Position numbers and translations under genes: made by a program. A stretch of DNA of 63,873 bases, the filler included, from Hyphochytrium catenoides (taxonomy: Eukaryota; Protista; Hyphochytriomycota): the NCBI GenBank assembly GCA_900088475.1. It is 7 parts of 7 records of this genome, joined end to end, with 100 filler letters (N's around TTAATTAATTAA, not from the genome) between each part and the next. Parts side by side here need not be neighbours in the genome. Positions count along the whole stretch, not along the records: positions 1 to 16,909 come from FLMG01003038.1; positions 17,010 to 48,427 come from FLMG01001427.1; 5 more parts are not named here. One strand, written 5' to 3'. Below, piece after piece: positions 10,585 through 22,800 of the stretch. Below the pieces are notes generated by a model that saw only the letters and a list, made by a program, of their open reading frames with translations, ran no database searches and had not been told where the DNA came from. Positions within the stretch are counted from its first letter, which is position 1; every line of letters starts with the position of its first letter.

Positions 10585-13162
10585 CATGTTGTCTTTCAAA
10601 TTTCTGATAGACTTATTTCTTAGCACTTCCGGTACAGTTTTCACCCGACAAACAACTGGAAGAGGAAACATATGACACGCTAATAATATAGGAGGCACGG
10701 TCTACCGTACCTAAGGACGTTTCTCAGCAGCTCTTTTTCGTAGAAAGACTCTAGTTCTATTGGTAACTTATAAATGAAGGAGGAGGAAAGGAGGATAATA
10801 GATGATTCTTTTTTCCATAGTCGCTAATAAAATCATTCTAAGAATATAAGGGGAAGAGTGACAATCAGTAGTCAAAAACAGACCATAAACTGCTACAGAA
10901 TGGAGTGATTTGGTCGGCCCGTTGAACTCTAACTCCGTTAGCGGCTCTAGATGTCACACCAGCCTCCGTCGGGCAAGCGATAATAAATATCTTTCTATTC
11001 CTCTATTTTATATAAAATGACACCACCATAAGGATGATTGGTTTTGTTTGTGTCGGGGAAGCATTACGTGTTGGCACCAGGGAATATAACGGGAACTGGG
11101 GACACAACCAGAGCAACCCCATAACAAGGCGCTATATCAGTTTCAAGCGTTGGCGGCTGTCCGAGCAAAGACCTGATGATACAGCTTCTGCCACATTAGC
11201 CGTTAAGCTCTTGCAATCATAGTCAAGCAGTGTTCAATTGCCCTCTGGGCGGCGCTAACCTAGACTATTGGAGACATAGAAATCCTTCAACGCAGAGTCA
11301 AAATCTGATGTTTAATGTTCAAAAATCTCAAAAAAGCAGCGATAAAGATAAAAGCAGAAAAAGGTAATAGAGTTTCTGAGTCACTTACCCTTCGACCCTC
11401 GTTATCTGTCGGAAGTTGAGCCCACAGAAGATGGACAAAAGATAAAAGATGGCGACCGTTGCTGGCCGGTCGCAGTGCACACATACCGCTCTCTCGCATC
11501 TGTCCCTCTCTCGCTGCCGCAGGCGCCTCTCTCACGCAGTTGTCAGCTCCCCAAATTTCTAGCTTGGGTTGTTTGTCTATCATTATTCCAATCTTTCTTG
11601 AGAGAAAGACAGACCATTCAATCCACGGGGAAGTAGAACAATCAAACGCAGTTTTTGTCCTTAACGCTAGTGCGATAAAACCTACTATCCTTAGAAAGAC
11701 TTCAGAGAGAGAATGTAGAATGGGTGGGAAGAAGCGTCAGCGTGTTGAAGTCCCTAGCAGCAAGGCGCTGAGGCGGGTGGGACGCTTAGCTTACGTCTTC
11801 CCACGTCAGTTCCCCATTGGATTGAGTGGCAATGTAACGCCATGCAGAACGCACAAAGAATGTGTAAAAAGATGGCCAAGAGAGACAAGGGAAACGAAGA
11901 CAGAGAGCGAGAGACAGAGACAGAGACCGAATGAGCCTTATTGACATAGCAAAGAAACCATCTCCACCTGTGAATCAAGGACAAAACAAAGAAAGAAGAA
12001 GGAAAAGAAAGACTAAGAGGGAGAGACAAAGAGGGAGAGAAGGCTCGTGTGCCAGTAGTCACTACTGTTTTATCCTGCCTGGGCTCGGAGGAGAATGTTT
12101 GGAATATCTGTAGAAGCTGTGAACCATTACAAGCTGGAAGTGTAGGAGAAGCGGTGCATGTTTAGGACAATGTTCACAATTGAACTCTTTTTCATGGGTA
12201 GCGTGAAGACAATGCGATTTTACAGGGAGGCTCTCTACGTCGTGAAGAAGGAATGCTATAGAACTTGAAGAGAGAGAGAGACCGTGTGTCTGTGTGAGAA
12301 GAGAGAGAGTGAGAGAGAAAGAGATAGGAGAGAGAGAATGGAGAATAGCGTTAAGACTATTCCTAAGAAAAAGCGTGCATGTACAATGAGACACCTAAAG
12401 TTATAGGTGTGTGTGTGAGAGAGAGAGAGAAAGAGAGAATGAGAGAGAGAGAAAGGGGTTTGTGAGGAGAGAGAGAAAGAACTATTTTTCCCACAAAAAA
12501 AGAGAGCAAGACGCCCAGGGAGTGGAGGCAACTATTTCTATTCGAGCTGACTGGTAGAACATAGATTCTAGTTGACTGAAGGATGTTACATAATCCCCAG
12601 GACCAGTCATCATGCCAACTGATGAATGGTGACACATGCAGAGGAGAGAATCGAAGGAACGTTCTAACTTCCCTTCTTTCTCTCTGTCTCTCTCTCTCTC
12701 TCTCCTCTTCTTCTCTATCTGTCGTTTTATACCGAAAGGCCCTCGGTCTCTCCCCTCTTTTCTATAGCTTTCTTCCTCTCAAGACAGGCGGACTCCTCCA
12801 AGTCCTTCCGCTCCTGCCACCACTGATGGCAACAGACCGTGAATTTACAAGGAGACAGGCCAGATCCAGACGCGCAAGAGAAACTCTCAAGCTCTCCTTC
12901 TTTCTCCCTCGCTTGGTTATTCTCCCTCTCTCTTTCTCTTGTTCTTTCCCTCTCTCTTCCTCTTTCTCTCTGTTCTCTCCCTCTTCTTCTTTGTTTTTAA
13001 CGTCAATATCACGTCACCGGAAGAGAGGGGCGACCCCACAGAATAGGACTGGATAGGAAAGGGATGAGGGTTTCTATTCCTTTGTTCTGCTCTAACCTTT
13101 TCCCCTTTCTGTCTGCCAATGGCTGCTCACTCTTTTTGATCTTCTCCTTCCCTGTTCTCTCT

Positions 13163-13237
<75 letters not shown>

Positions 13238-13411
13238 ACACATATTTTGGACCCTGAACCCCAAAAGGAAAGACACAAATGGAGGAACAAGAAAGAACGG
13301 GGAGCGTTGCACTTATGCGCCCGTCTCCCGGTCTTCCCTCACTCCCGAGGAGACAAGGATGGGCGCATGGCATTGAAGGCTCTTCCTTTTTCTCTCTCTC
13401 TCTCTCTCTCC

Positions 13412-13442
<31 letters not shown>

Positions 13443-15869
13443 TCGTGTCTATTGCATGTGGCTTATGCATCAACCCACCCGCCGGTGCAGCAGCTGGAGG
13501 ATGGGTTCTCTTCTCTCCTCTGATAACGGAGTGACAGCAACAAGAACAAAAAGGGGAAAGAGAACTGTAGACCCCATGCAGCGCTGTGAGGAGAGGAAAC
13601 AAGATAAGCCAAGCCATAAATGGGGAGCGTACAAGGAGGGAGGGGAGATGGAGGGAGAGAGGGAGAGAGAGATAGAGACTCAAGCCACATCAGGAGGAAA
13701 ACAGAAAGAGCGGAGAAACATCCCCTCAGTCTTCCATTCTCTTCCATAAAAGAAAAAGCCCGCGCTTTGCTGGTTCCCTACCGCCGCCTCATCCGCCGCC
13801 CACTCTCAGTCAAAGTTAAGACGAAGAGACGACCTCGCAAAAGACAAAGGGAAGAGAGAGAAAGAAATTAGAGAATGAACTCAAGCGACATCTCTTTCTC
13901 TCATCAAACTCTAGCCTTCTTCCCTTCTTCTTCCTCTACTAGGAGACAGATCAAGAGCAACGACAAGCAGACTCTTTCTCTCCCTTTCTCTCCTCATTGC
14001 CCTCCAGCAATCAAAGTCATAATCAAGCACCGCACTCTACCACAGAAAACAAAGGAGAGAGAAACGAGCGAAAGGACGAAACCAGGAGAGAAGTTGTTCT
14101 TTCTCTCTCTCTCCTCTGAATCTTACCACTGCCAACGGAACAGCGCCATGATGATGGAGGAGGGGCAGCGACCTCTGGGAGAAAGTGCTGTCAGTCATCT
14201 TGAAAATGGCAGACGAGGAGAGAGACGAGAGAAGCGGCTCCTAACTCTCTCTTCGCCTTCCATTTCTCTCTCTCTCGGATCCTCCTCTCTTCTCTCTCCC
14301 CGGCAGCAGACAAGCCACACTACTATAGCAATATCAACTGAAGAGAGGGAGAGAAGACGAGAGGGAGACCACACTTGCTCAACGACGCTTCTACTTGGAG
14401 AAGATCGGAGAAAACAGAAAGAAAATCTTGGCGAGAAAGGCCAAGAGAGACAACGAGGAAGACTTCTCCATCCCCGTGTTGCTGCTCTTATCCAAGAAGA
14501 AAGAAGCGTCGGGAGAGACATCCCAGCGCCTTGGCCACGCTCTCCTTCTCTCTCTCCCTTCCAAGTCCGTGTTCTCCCCTCCGCGGGCTAGGAAGAAGAC
14601 AGGAGAAAGAGTCGTGATAGGCTTGTAGATTTTCTTCTTCTGTCTCTCTCCTAACCTTGAGGGCTCCTGATCGGGCCCACCCCTGTAAAATCTATTGACG
14701 TCTCTCTCTTCTTCTTTCTCTCGCTTCTTTTTCTCTCTCTTTGTCGGCTGCAGTTAGCTATCAGGACAAAGAGACGCTAAAAGAGAGAGAGAGAAAGAAA
14801 GAAGGTGAATGTTTGATTATTTATTATTGTTATTGGTAACAGTGGCTATCATCATCATCGTCCACGTAATAAAGCTTCACTATTACCGATAATGAGTCAT
14901 AACTGAACAGCTGATGAAAGAGACTTAGTACTCTTTTCTGTCTCTCTCTCTCTCTGTCTCTCTCTCTCTCTCTTTCTTCTTTTCTTTCTCTCTCCTCCTA
15001 CTTTCCATGGTAGTCTAGCTGCGTCTGTCTAGTTAGCTATCATCATCCACTAATCTGCCTTTTTCTGGTCTGTTCCATGTTGCTGGCGCTAACGATGAAG
15101 CGATCAAGTCTTTCCTAGGTTCATCATCTTACTCTAATCAACACAGCCAATCTTCTCTCTCCGCTCATAAGCAACGGCTCCGTCCGGTACCAGAAGCACA
15201 ATCCGAATCAACCGGAGAGAGAGAGAGAGAAACAGAGAAAGAAGAAAGAGAGAGAGAGAAGGAGAGGATGAGGCTTGAAAGGAGAGGACACAGAATGTTT
15301 TGGATGATGGAAGAGGCAAAGGCCCGTAATTATTGTGGCTGATAAGGAGGATTAGTTCCTACCCACTTCTTCTCCTCATTTCATCTCCCTCTCTGGTTCT
15401 CTCTTGTCGCTCGCTCTCTGTCTCTGCACTGTTTGTCCGCCAGCTTCCTCTAGCACTCAGCAACAAGAGAAGGGGATTAGGCAAGAGAGCCAAAGGAGAG
15501 AGAAANNNNNNNNNNNNNNNNNNNNNNNNNNNNNNNNNNNNNNNNNNNNNNNNNNNNNNNNNNNNNNNNNNNNNNNNNNNNNNNNNATCACAAACCCTAA
15601 CTTAAGACCTAACATACATACAACACAAGAATCCAAGAGGGAGGGAGAGAGAGAGAATGAAGAGAGAGAGAGAGAGAGGAAAAGCCCCGCATCTTTTTTT
15701 CTCTCCCACTTCTCGTAGGTGGTGTAGGGTGTAGGGCTTTCTTCTATTATCATGTCGTAATTGTGGCACTCCAAAAGCAACAGAGAGTGAGAAAAGCAGA
15801 GAGAGGAGAAGGAGGTTAGCAACAGAGAGAGAGAGACACGGCAAAAGAGAGAGACAGAGAGAGAGAGAC

Positions 15870-15900
<31 letters not shown>

Positions 15901-16249
15901 GACAGAGAGAGAGAGAGGGAGAGAGAACGAAAACTGCATATGTCGAGGGTTCAAAGTGAGACATAGAATTTTATGGTGATAAACGTGTACGAAGCAGTAG
16001 CCGGACGGAAGTGACATATGTCACATAAATCAAGAGACAGAGATAGAGACAGGCAAGGAGAGACAGACCGATACGAAAACAGAATATTCAGGGGAAAAAA
16101 GAGAGAGAAAAAAGAAGACGACAAAAAGGGGAAGACAGAGATTAGGACGACAGAGAGAGTTCAAAAGAGCCAAATAGAATTGAAAAGAGAAGAAGAGAGG
16201 TAAAAGCCACCAATGATGGAGAGAAAGCAGCACAACGAGAACCGTGAAC

Positions 16250-16306
<57 letters not shown>

Positions 16307-16909
16307 AAAGAAAAAGAAAGAAGAGCAAAACAAATAGGCTCCACAGCGTAATATACAGATTATGTTACTTCTTTGTTTTCCCTATGACTCCTCCTTTTTA
16401 TAATAGACTGTACGACTTGAGTTTGTATATTCCTTCAAATAGGGTGATAACAAACGGTAAAACAGTAGAGGCAAAACTGTAGAATTGAATAAATAATATG
16501 TAAGAGGGAAAAAGGGAGAGAGAGAGAGAAAGATGGGCACAATGAGAGAGAGAGAGAGAGAGACAAACAGACAGAGAGAGAGAAAAGAGAAAATGGAAGA
16601 GAACAAAAGGATGTGGCTCCACGCCCCGTCGTCCTGCAGTACAAAAGCGTGTGGTGGATCTTTCATAGAACACGCAGCACTTGTCTTCTCTCTTCTCTCT
16701 TTCTTTTTTACTCTCTTTACCTATAAGGAAAAAGAGCTCTTTCTCGCTTTATAGTGTCCTCTGGGCCGTTTAACCTTCTCTTTTCCCACGTTCTTTCCTC
16801 TTCGCTCAGCTTATCTTAGGCCGGCCCTTGTAATGGAAGGGCCCTTGTAGGTGACACGCGCGAAAAGGAATCAAACCGGCTTGCAACTCTCTCTCTCTCT
16901 CTCTCTCTT

Positions 16910-17009
16910 NNNNNNNNNNNNNNNNNNNNNNNNNNNNNNNNNNNNNNNNNNNNTTAATTAATTAANNNNNNNNNNNNNNNNNNNNNNNNNNNNNNNNNNN
17001 NNNNNNNNN
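16910..17009. other. Artificial contig-join spacer (N44-TTAATTAATTAA-N44)
   Basis: The 12-mer gives stop codons in all six frames. Identical 100-nt spacers at 48428-48527, 56435-56534, 58004-58103, 59631-59730 and 62578-62677. Confidence 0.98.
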
Positions 17010-19815
17010 AACCCACGACATCATTCTCTCTAAGATTAGTACAGCAAACACAATTTGTCGGCAAGACTACTACAATTCTCTACCGCACCGCGCCAGTAAT
17101 GCGCACGTGAGTGGAGGTAACTTACTTCTCTTCTTCCCTCTCTCTCTCTTTTTCTCTCTCTGTCTCTCTCACATATGTATACCTGACACTCGCAATCACT
17201 CTCTCTCCTTTTTCCCTCTCTCTCCTCACCCATCGCTGTCTCTGCGTCATCAACATGGCAAGACAACGCTGTCCGCATCATCAGCAACGTCTCAGGTGCC
17301 CTGGTCGTTGGACACCTGGAGGGCCCCAGAGGCACAGACCACACTCTCTCCTATTCCTATCTGGCTTCAGGGATCTAGTCAAGAGCGAGGGCTCTAGCTG
17401 CAGCATCGGCTGTTGGTGAAGAGTGAAAAAAGGGTTCCCGCCGCAGATCCTGTTAGAGCCTTGCTCAGTCTACTTTTGACTGTCCCCTCCCGAGGCGACG
17501 ATGGAGACGGAATGATAGCTGTTAATAGGACACCGACCGCCTCGCGCTGGTTCCGACTGATCCCACTTTACTACTCTCTGTAGCTGTAGGCCTTCTATCC
17601 GAGGATGGACAAGTCTTAACAGCTCTAGACGACGCTGCTCTTTGTTGACCACCTTCTGGCACGATAAGTTATCTCTAAATGTAGAAGAGAAGTGAGATGT
17701 AGAAGTAGAGAGTCACCTCCTCGTCCTCTTCGTTGGACTCCTGCTGCTTCTTCCGTTGAGGTTACCCTTCTTATATGAGAAGAGTAAGTTAGCTATCTAC
17801 TCTCATCGCCTTCCACCAGCGTTGAGGACGCTGCCTTGAGAGTGCAACCGTCTTAGTAAAGAGTTCACTTGCACTTGCACATGGATCTATCGTGAAGTAG
17901 CTTCATCGGCTCCATGGGCTCAGTGAAGACCAACAGTGCTGCCTGCTGTCCATCTTCTTTCCTCTTAAGCACACGTCAGGAACCCTAACCCCCTATAAAT
18001 CTGTAAGATGAAAGGTCTGTCGCTCGCTTGCTGAAGCCGCCTCTCGACCCTATCCAATGTTGAAGCACATGGCCTTTATGTTTCAGGTTAGCTAAGGGAG
18101 CCACTCAATAGCTGCCGGTGCCGGGAAACCAAGATACCCATCCCGTCAAGAGAACGTGCTGCTACGAAACTTCCTAGTGTAAGAGGGGCTCATTGCTCTT
18201 GCTCTGAGTGGAGCAGTGTGTTAACTGGTAGGCCATGCACCAGTACCATCTTCTGGAGAATGGACTGCACAATCACACCCATCGCGCTCTTAGATAGGTC
18301 TAGAAAGCTAGCCTGGCCTGGCTGTGATGGCATTAACTGTGGCAACGCGCCAAATCCCATTCTGAGGAGGTAGGGTCACTGGGCAAAGGAAGACTCATGG
18401 TAACGCTGTTCAAGAGTGATTGACCAGTAGCGCGTTGATCCATCAGAGTTGCGCATTGAGCCTTATCCCAACTCCGTACTGAGCTCTGCATGTGGCTCCA
18501 ACTACTCTGACCATTACCTGCCATGCACCACTCTATCCTGTCATTCTTGGCTCCTTTGGCTGACCAAGGCCACACAGTCCTACCTTCAAGGAGACTGGCT
18601 GATCTGATGCATTAATATTCACTTGCGGCTGCCTTGGGACAAGGCCGTGCCCTCCGTCATCCTCACATTCAACAACACCGTTAGAGATGTGCCAGGAGTG
18701 GTGAGGCAGAAGAGTAAAAGGACAAATGCAGCGGGAGACGCATTGAGTTCCTCCTATAGCAGCCACCCTATTCCCTGTCTCTCTCTCTCACTCGGTCTTC
18801 TCAGTCAGGTTCCGATTGCGTCCTCTCTCCCCTTCTCTCTCTTCTCCTCGTCCTCCTTTCCGACTTCTTTAGTCGAGTCCAGCTCTTCCTGCTCTGAGCT
18901 GCGAACCTACGAGATCGCCTGAGAGAGAGAAGGGGAAAGTAAGAGACCCGTAGGAAGCTGCAACATCAGCATGATGTGAGGGAACGCGGTACAGAGACAG
19001 TGAAGAAAGAGTGTCACTTGGCTGTTGTTTATAAGGAAAGTGGGAGACTGGAAGAGGGGAGAAACGCTGACCTCTACAAGAGAGAGAGAGAGGTATCCAG
19101 GAGAGAGAGAGAGAGAGAGAGCAAAGGGGAGCAAAGAGACACAGATAAGGATCTAAGGGAAACAGAGAGAGACAGAGAAAGAGAGAGAGGGTTAGAATAG
19201 AGAGAGGGATAGAGAAAGAAAGAAAGAGAGAGAGAATATGTGTGTGAGTGTGAGAGAGGACACAGACAGAGACAGAGAGACAGGGAGAGAGGGACAGACA
19301 CACAGAGAGAGAGAGAGAGAGAGAGAGGAAGAGAGAGAGAGATAAGAAGAGACTGTGAGTGATGGGAGCTGGTCATTCTGAAGCTCTGACAGGCAGCGCC
19401 TATTACTAGACCTCAGCAGAGGTTCTAAGAGCAACAAAGCGATATTACCACTCCAGATTTCTGGATTCTGATCGATCGCTTGCATCCTCCGCGGTCGGTC
19501 GCCAGTGGGGCTGCTCCCGACCTCATGACCCGGAGCATTTTGACCGATCAGCAGCTGATAGCAGAAGGACCACCTGCCAGTGTAAGCTGCTGATGAGAAG
19601 AATCGGCATGCAGCTTGTCTGCAAGTCCTTCTACCATTCCTAGGGCGATAAGAGGCACCCAAATGGGGCTCAAGCCAGAGCTGCTATCTCTGCAATAGTG
19701 AATCCTTTCGCGAGGCCACTCTGCTCAGCCCGAGAAATGGAGCAGCAGCGTCATTGAGTCAGCTACCTTTTTTGTCATCAATAGGCTCCCTTCCTCAACC
19801 CAGGACTCGGTAAGA

Positions 19816-22800
19816 ATGAGCTTCACACAGCTGGAGGTCCTGGTAGGGATTTTGAGGAGGAGTGGACAGCTCGTATCTATCGAGAAACATCCCAGCGCCA
19901 GAGGCTACAGAGCCGTGATCGAAGAAATCCCACCTGGTGGTGAGTCCCTGTCGCGCTGAACTCGTCGGCCTCAGCTTGCTCTGTAAAGCCTCTTCACTCT
20001 TCGTGTGTCTTCGTTACTCGTCTCTGCCTGTAAGCGTCCTACCTCTTGTCGGTTTTACTTCTCCCTTTTCAGCACACTATGCCCGTGACGCACACTATGC
20101 CCGTGACTTATGGAGCTCCTAATATTTCCATCAGCTGAGAGGCAATTTTTATTGGACTTCCTTCCGGACTCCGGTGAAGAGAAACGGGAGGTCATCGTCT
20201 GCTTGTGCTGTGAGAACATCTTCTCCCCGTCCCAGTGGCTGCTTCACAAGGGAGACAGGGGAATGGAGACTGGCCATCCGAATATTATCCCCGTCACTGC
20301 TCAGGGCATCTCTGGGAAGGAGGATGAGAGACGGGAGGTGGTAGGAGGTGATATGGACGCAGACGCGCTAATGTCAGACTCCATGGCTTCTAGCGATGGA
20401 GAGTACATCCAGAGCGCGGAAGAGAAAGAGGAGAGGAGCGCTCAAGCCTCCAGAAAGCGACCACGGGTTGTTATTAGAGAGTTAAGTGCCGGAGAGGAAG
20501 ACTTAGAGGAAGTTGACGAGGAAGAGTACTCCATACATAGCGACGAAGAACCTGAGGATGCTAAAAAGGTAAAGGCCGAAGGAAGCACGCTCTGTCTGTC
20601 TGCCTAGCTTTCGTATCCTCTAGCTCTTGGTAAGAGACAGTAGTATAGTCTCTCGGCCCTAGATTCCCCTAACATCAACCCATCCCTTCCTTGCCCCGCT
20701 ACATCTCTCTGCTCTCGCAAGCCTCGAAGGTCCAAACCTGGTACGTACCGGCCCGATCGCTTTTTGTCCATCATCTGTGCTTATACTCTCTCTCTCTCTC
20801 TCACCATCTCTCTGTAGATATCACTGCAGAAGCATCACCGCAAACCGCGAAGAGGCGGAAGAGTTCCCCCAGCGCCATTGAGCAAAGGTGCCAGCCGACT
20901 CGATCCACACCTGTCCTGCAATCTGCATGGCAGACTCCCGTTATGACATGCTGCTCGCTCTTGTCTGCGATGGGTGCACCAGGTGTCGCTGTCTTCAATG
21001 CGTATGTTCTTACTTCTCCATGTGTGCCCAGGTCAATCTTTGCCACCAGGCGCTCTCCTAGGACCATCCCGGACGGCAAGTGCCTGAAATGCGGCATTGA
21101 GGTGCATGGCAGCCTAGGGGTATGACTTCCTTCCCCCCTTTCTTCTCCCCGTATGCTGAGGGCTTCTTTCCTCCTATTACTTAATATATATGTGACTGTC
21201 CTCGGACTTTCTCTGTGCGAATTGCGTTATGCAAGGCTTTGTGCACCCGCTGCTCCCAGGATGAAGGTACGAGGACGACTCCAGCAGAAAGTTACGCAGA
21301 AGACGACAAGGAAAATGAAGGTTGGCTCACGATGTAATGGCTAAGCCAAGGAAATCTTTGGGGAATAACGCCAACTACTTTGCCGTTTATGCTTTGCCAC
21401 TTGACATCTGCAGCTGAGGCTCCAGAAGGATGCCGAGTGTGTTTCAAGGGCAATCTTGAGCATACCATTCTCCTGTGCGACGGTTGTGATGCGGAGTACC
21501 ATCTGCACTGCCTTAAGCCTCCTCTCTACGTCATTCCCGAAGGTGAATTTCCTTATCTGAGATCCTTTCTCTTAAGCTCCCTACTGTCTCTCGATCAAGA
21601 GGTTTTATGGAAGACGTTTAAAGAGACAACCCAAGAATATGTTTGTCTTCCTAATTGGATGTCCAACAGTTCATTAACACTTCTTATCTCTCACTGGTGC
21701 TTTGCCTTCAAGGTAACTTTTACTGCATGTACTGCGCGCCATTTGGTCGTGCACGTCTCTCAACGAATGGAACGGACCGCGGGAGGAGTTCGGCAGGCCG
21801 GACATACCTCGGTGCTGCTTGCAGGGGAGTTACATGCTACATGCAGAAAGACTGTAAGGGCTCAATATCCTGACTCTCCAGACGCGCTATAATTTCCCCA
21901 ACAACCTTCTCTCGTCAGATCTTGCCTTACGCAATTCAGGACTACGTATTGTATGACCGTATGGCAACCCTCAGACGTCCGCTAGTCTTTCATCTGCTTC
22001 CCTGAGACTATCATTGCGATCTATCCCTTCTGCTCCCTTGGGCTGCTTGCATTCACCGTTTCCCTTTTCAGCTTCTCATTATCCTAGTGCAATTCAATAA
22101 CACCCTATCTCCTCTACCTCTGTAGCCACCCTGCTTTTTCGCTCTTACATCGGAAGTAAAGGCATGAGGAAATCATTAGGAACCTATAGCAATCTTGAGC
22201 AGGTGCGAAAGTGATCGCCATACCAATGACACCTCGTTCCTGCGGCTTAACGCCTGGCGCGTCGTTGCGGAGGCAGGACGAAACCGCGCCGGATTGCTTC
22301 ATCCTTGCGCGTTGCACTTACTGAATGTCATACCGACACCCCTGACCTCTACCCCGTCGTTCCTTTGAATGCCAGGCAGCAGATGCGTACGACCAGGCTG
22401 CAATGCGCTTACACGGGGAAAAGGCCATCCTCAACTTTCCAGAAAAGTATGGCTTACCTCCTGACGAGTCTAAACCTCCCCTAGATTTAGCTGAAGCGAC
22501 TCGAAAGCTCGTCTCTTATCGCACCGCTCGTGAGGAGGACGAGATAGAAGAGGGACTAGCGCAAGAGGACTCAGAGCAAACAGGGAGAGGCCTATCTTGT
22601 GATGTGCACAGAGAGATGCAGGAAAGCCTAAACAGACTACAGGTAGTATGGAGCCCCTTTGTTGCGCTCTCATCCTGTCCTCCTCACTAAGTTACCTGTG
22701 GAAGACAGAGGTTCCTTTTTCCTAGATTGGCGCTCCTTGTTCGGGCTCCGCTGACCCTTTCCTCACGTAGCCATAATTCGCATCGCTTGATTTCCTCTTT

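Larger units (their letters stand above)
1..16909. repeat. Dense dispersed (CT)n/(AG)n, (TCT)n and (AGAC)n microsatellites; also present in introns and intergenic DNA across the window
   Basis: Examples at 1-110, 13150-13210, 15850-15920, 16250-16300, 39310-39370, 60680-60725. Most contig ends and gaps abut these tracts. Confidence 0.95.

Noticed and set aside
10935-10952. Helitron 3' end (short hairpin + CTAG)
   Set aside because: The stem is only 3 bp, CTAG is not followed by T, and no Rep/helicase or 5' end is evident.
11400-16909. Numerous ORF-track entries rich in ER/RE or SL/LS dipeptides
   Set aside because: These are translations of (AG)n/(CT)n microsatellites, which lack stop codons; no protein motifs.
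16954-16965. Recurrent TTAATTAATTAA motif (6 copies) as a biological repeat or recombination site
   Set aside because: Always centred in exactly 44 N on each side: an artificial six-frame-stop linker used to concatenate contigs.
20900-20985. Second PHD-like fragment (CPAIC...LVCDGC)
   Set aside because: That frame has an upstream stop, and the phase-consistent model treats the segment as intron; probably chance, though a relic cannot be excluded.
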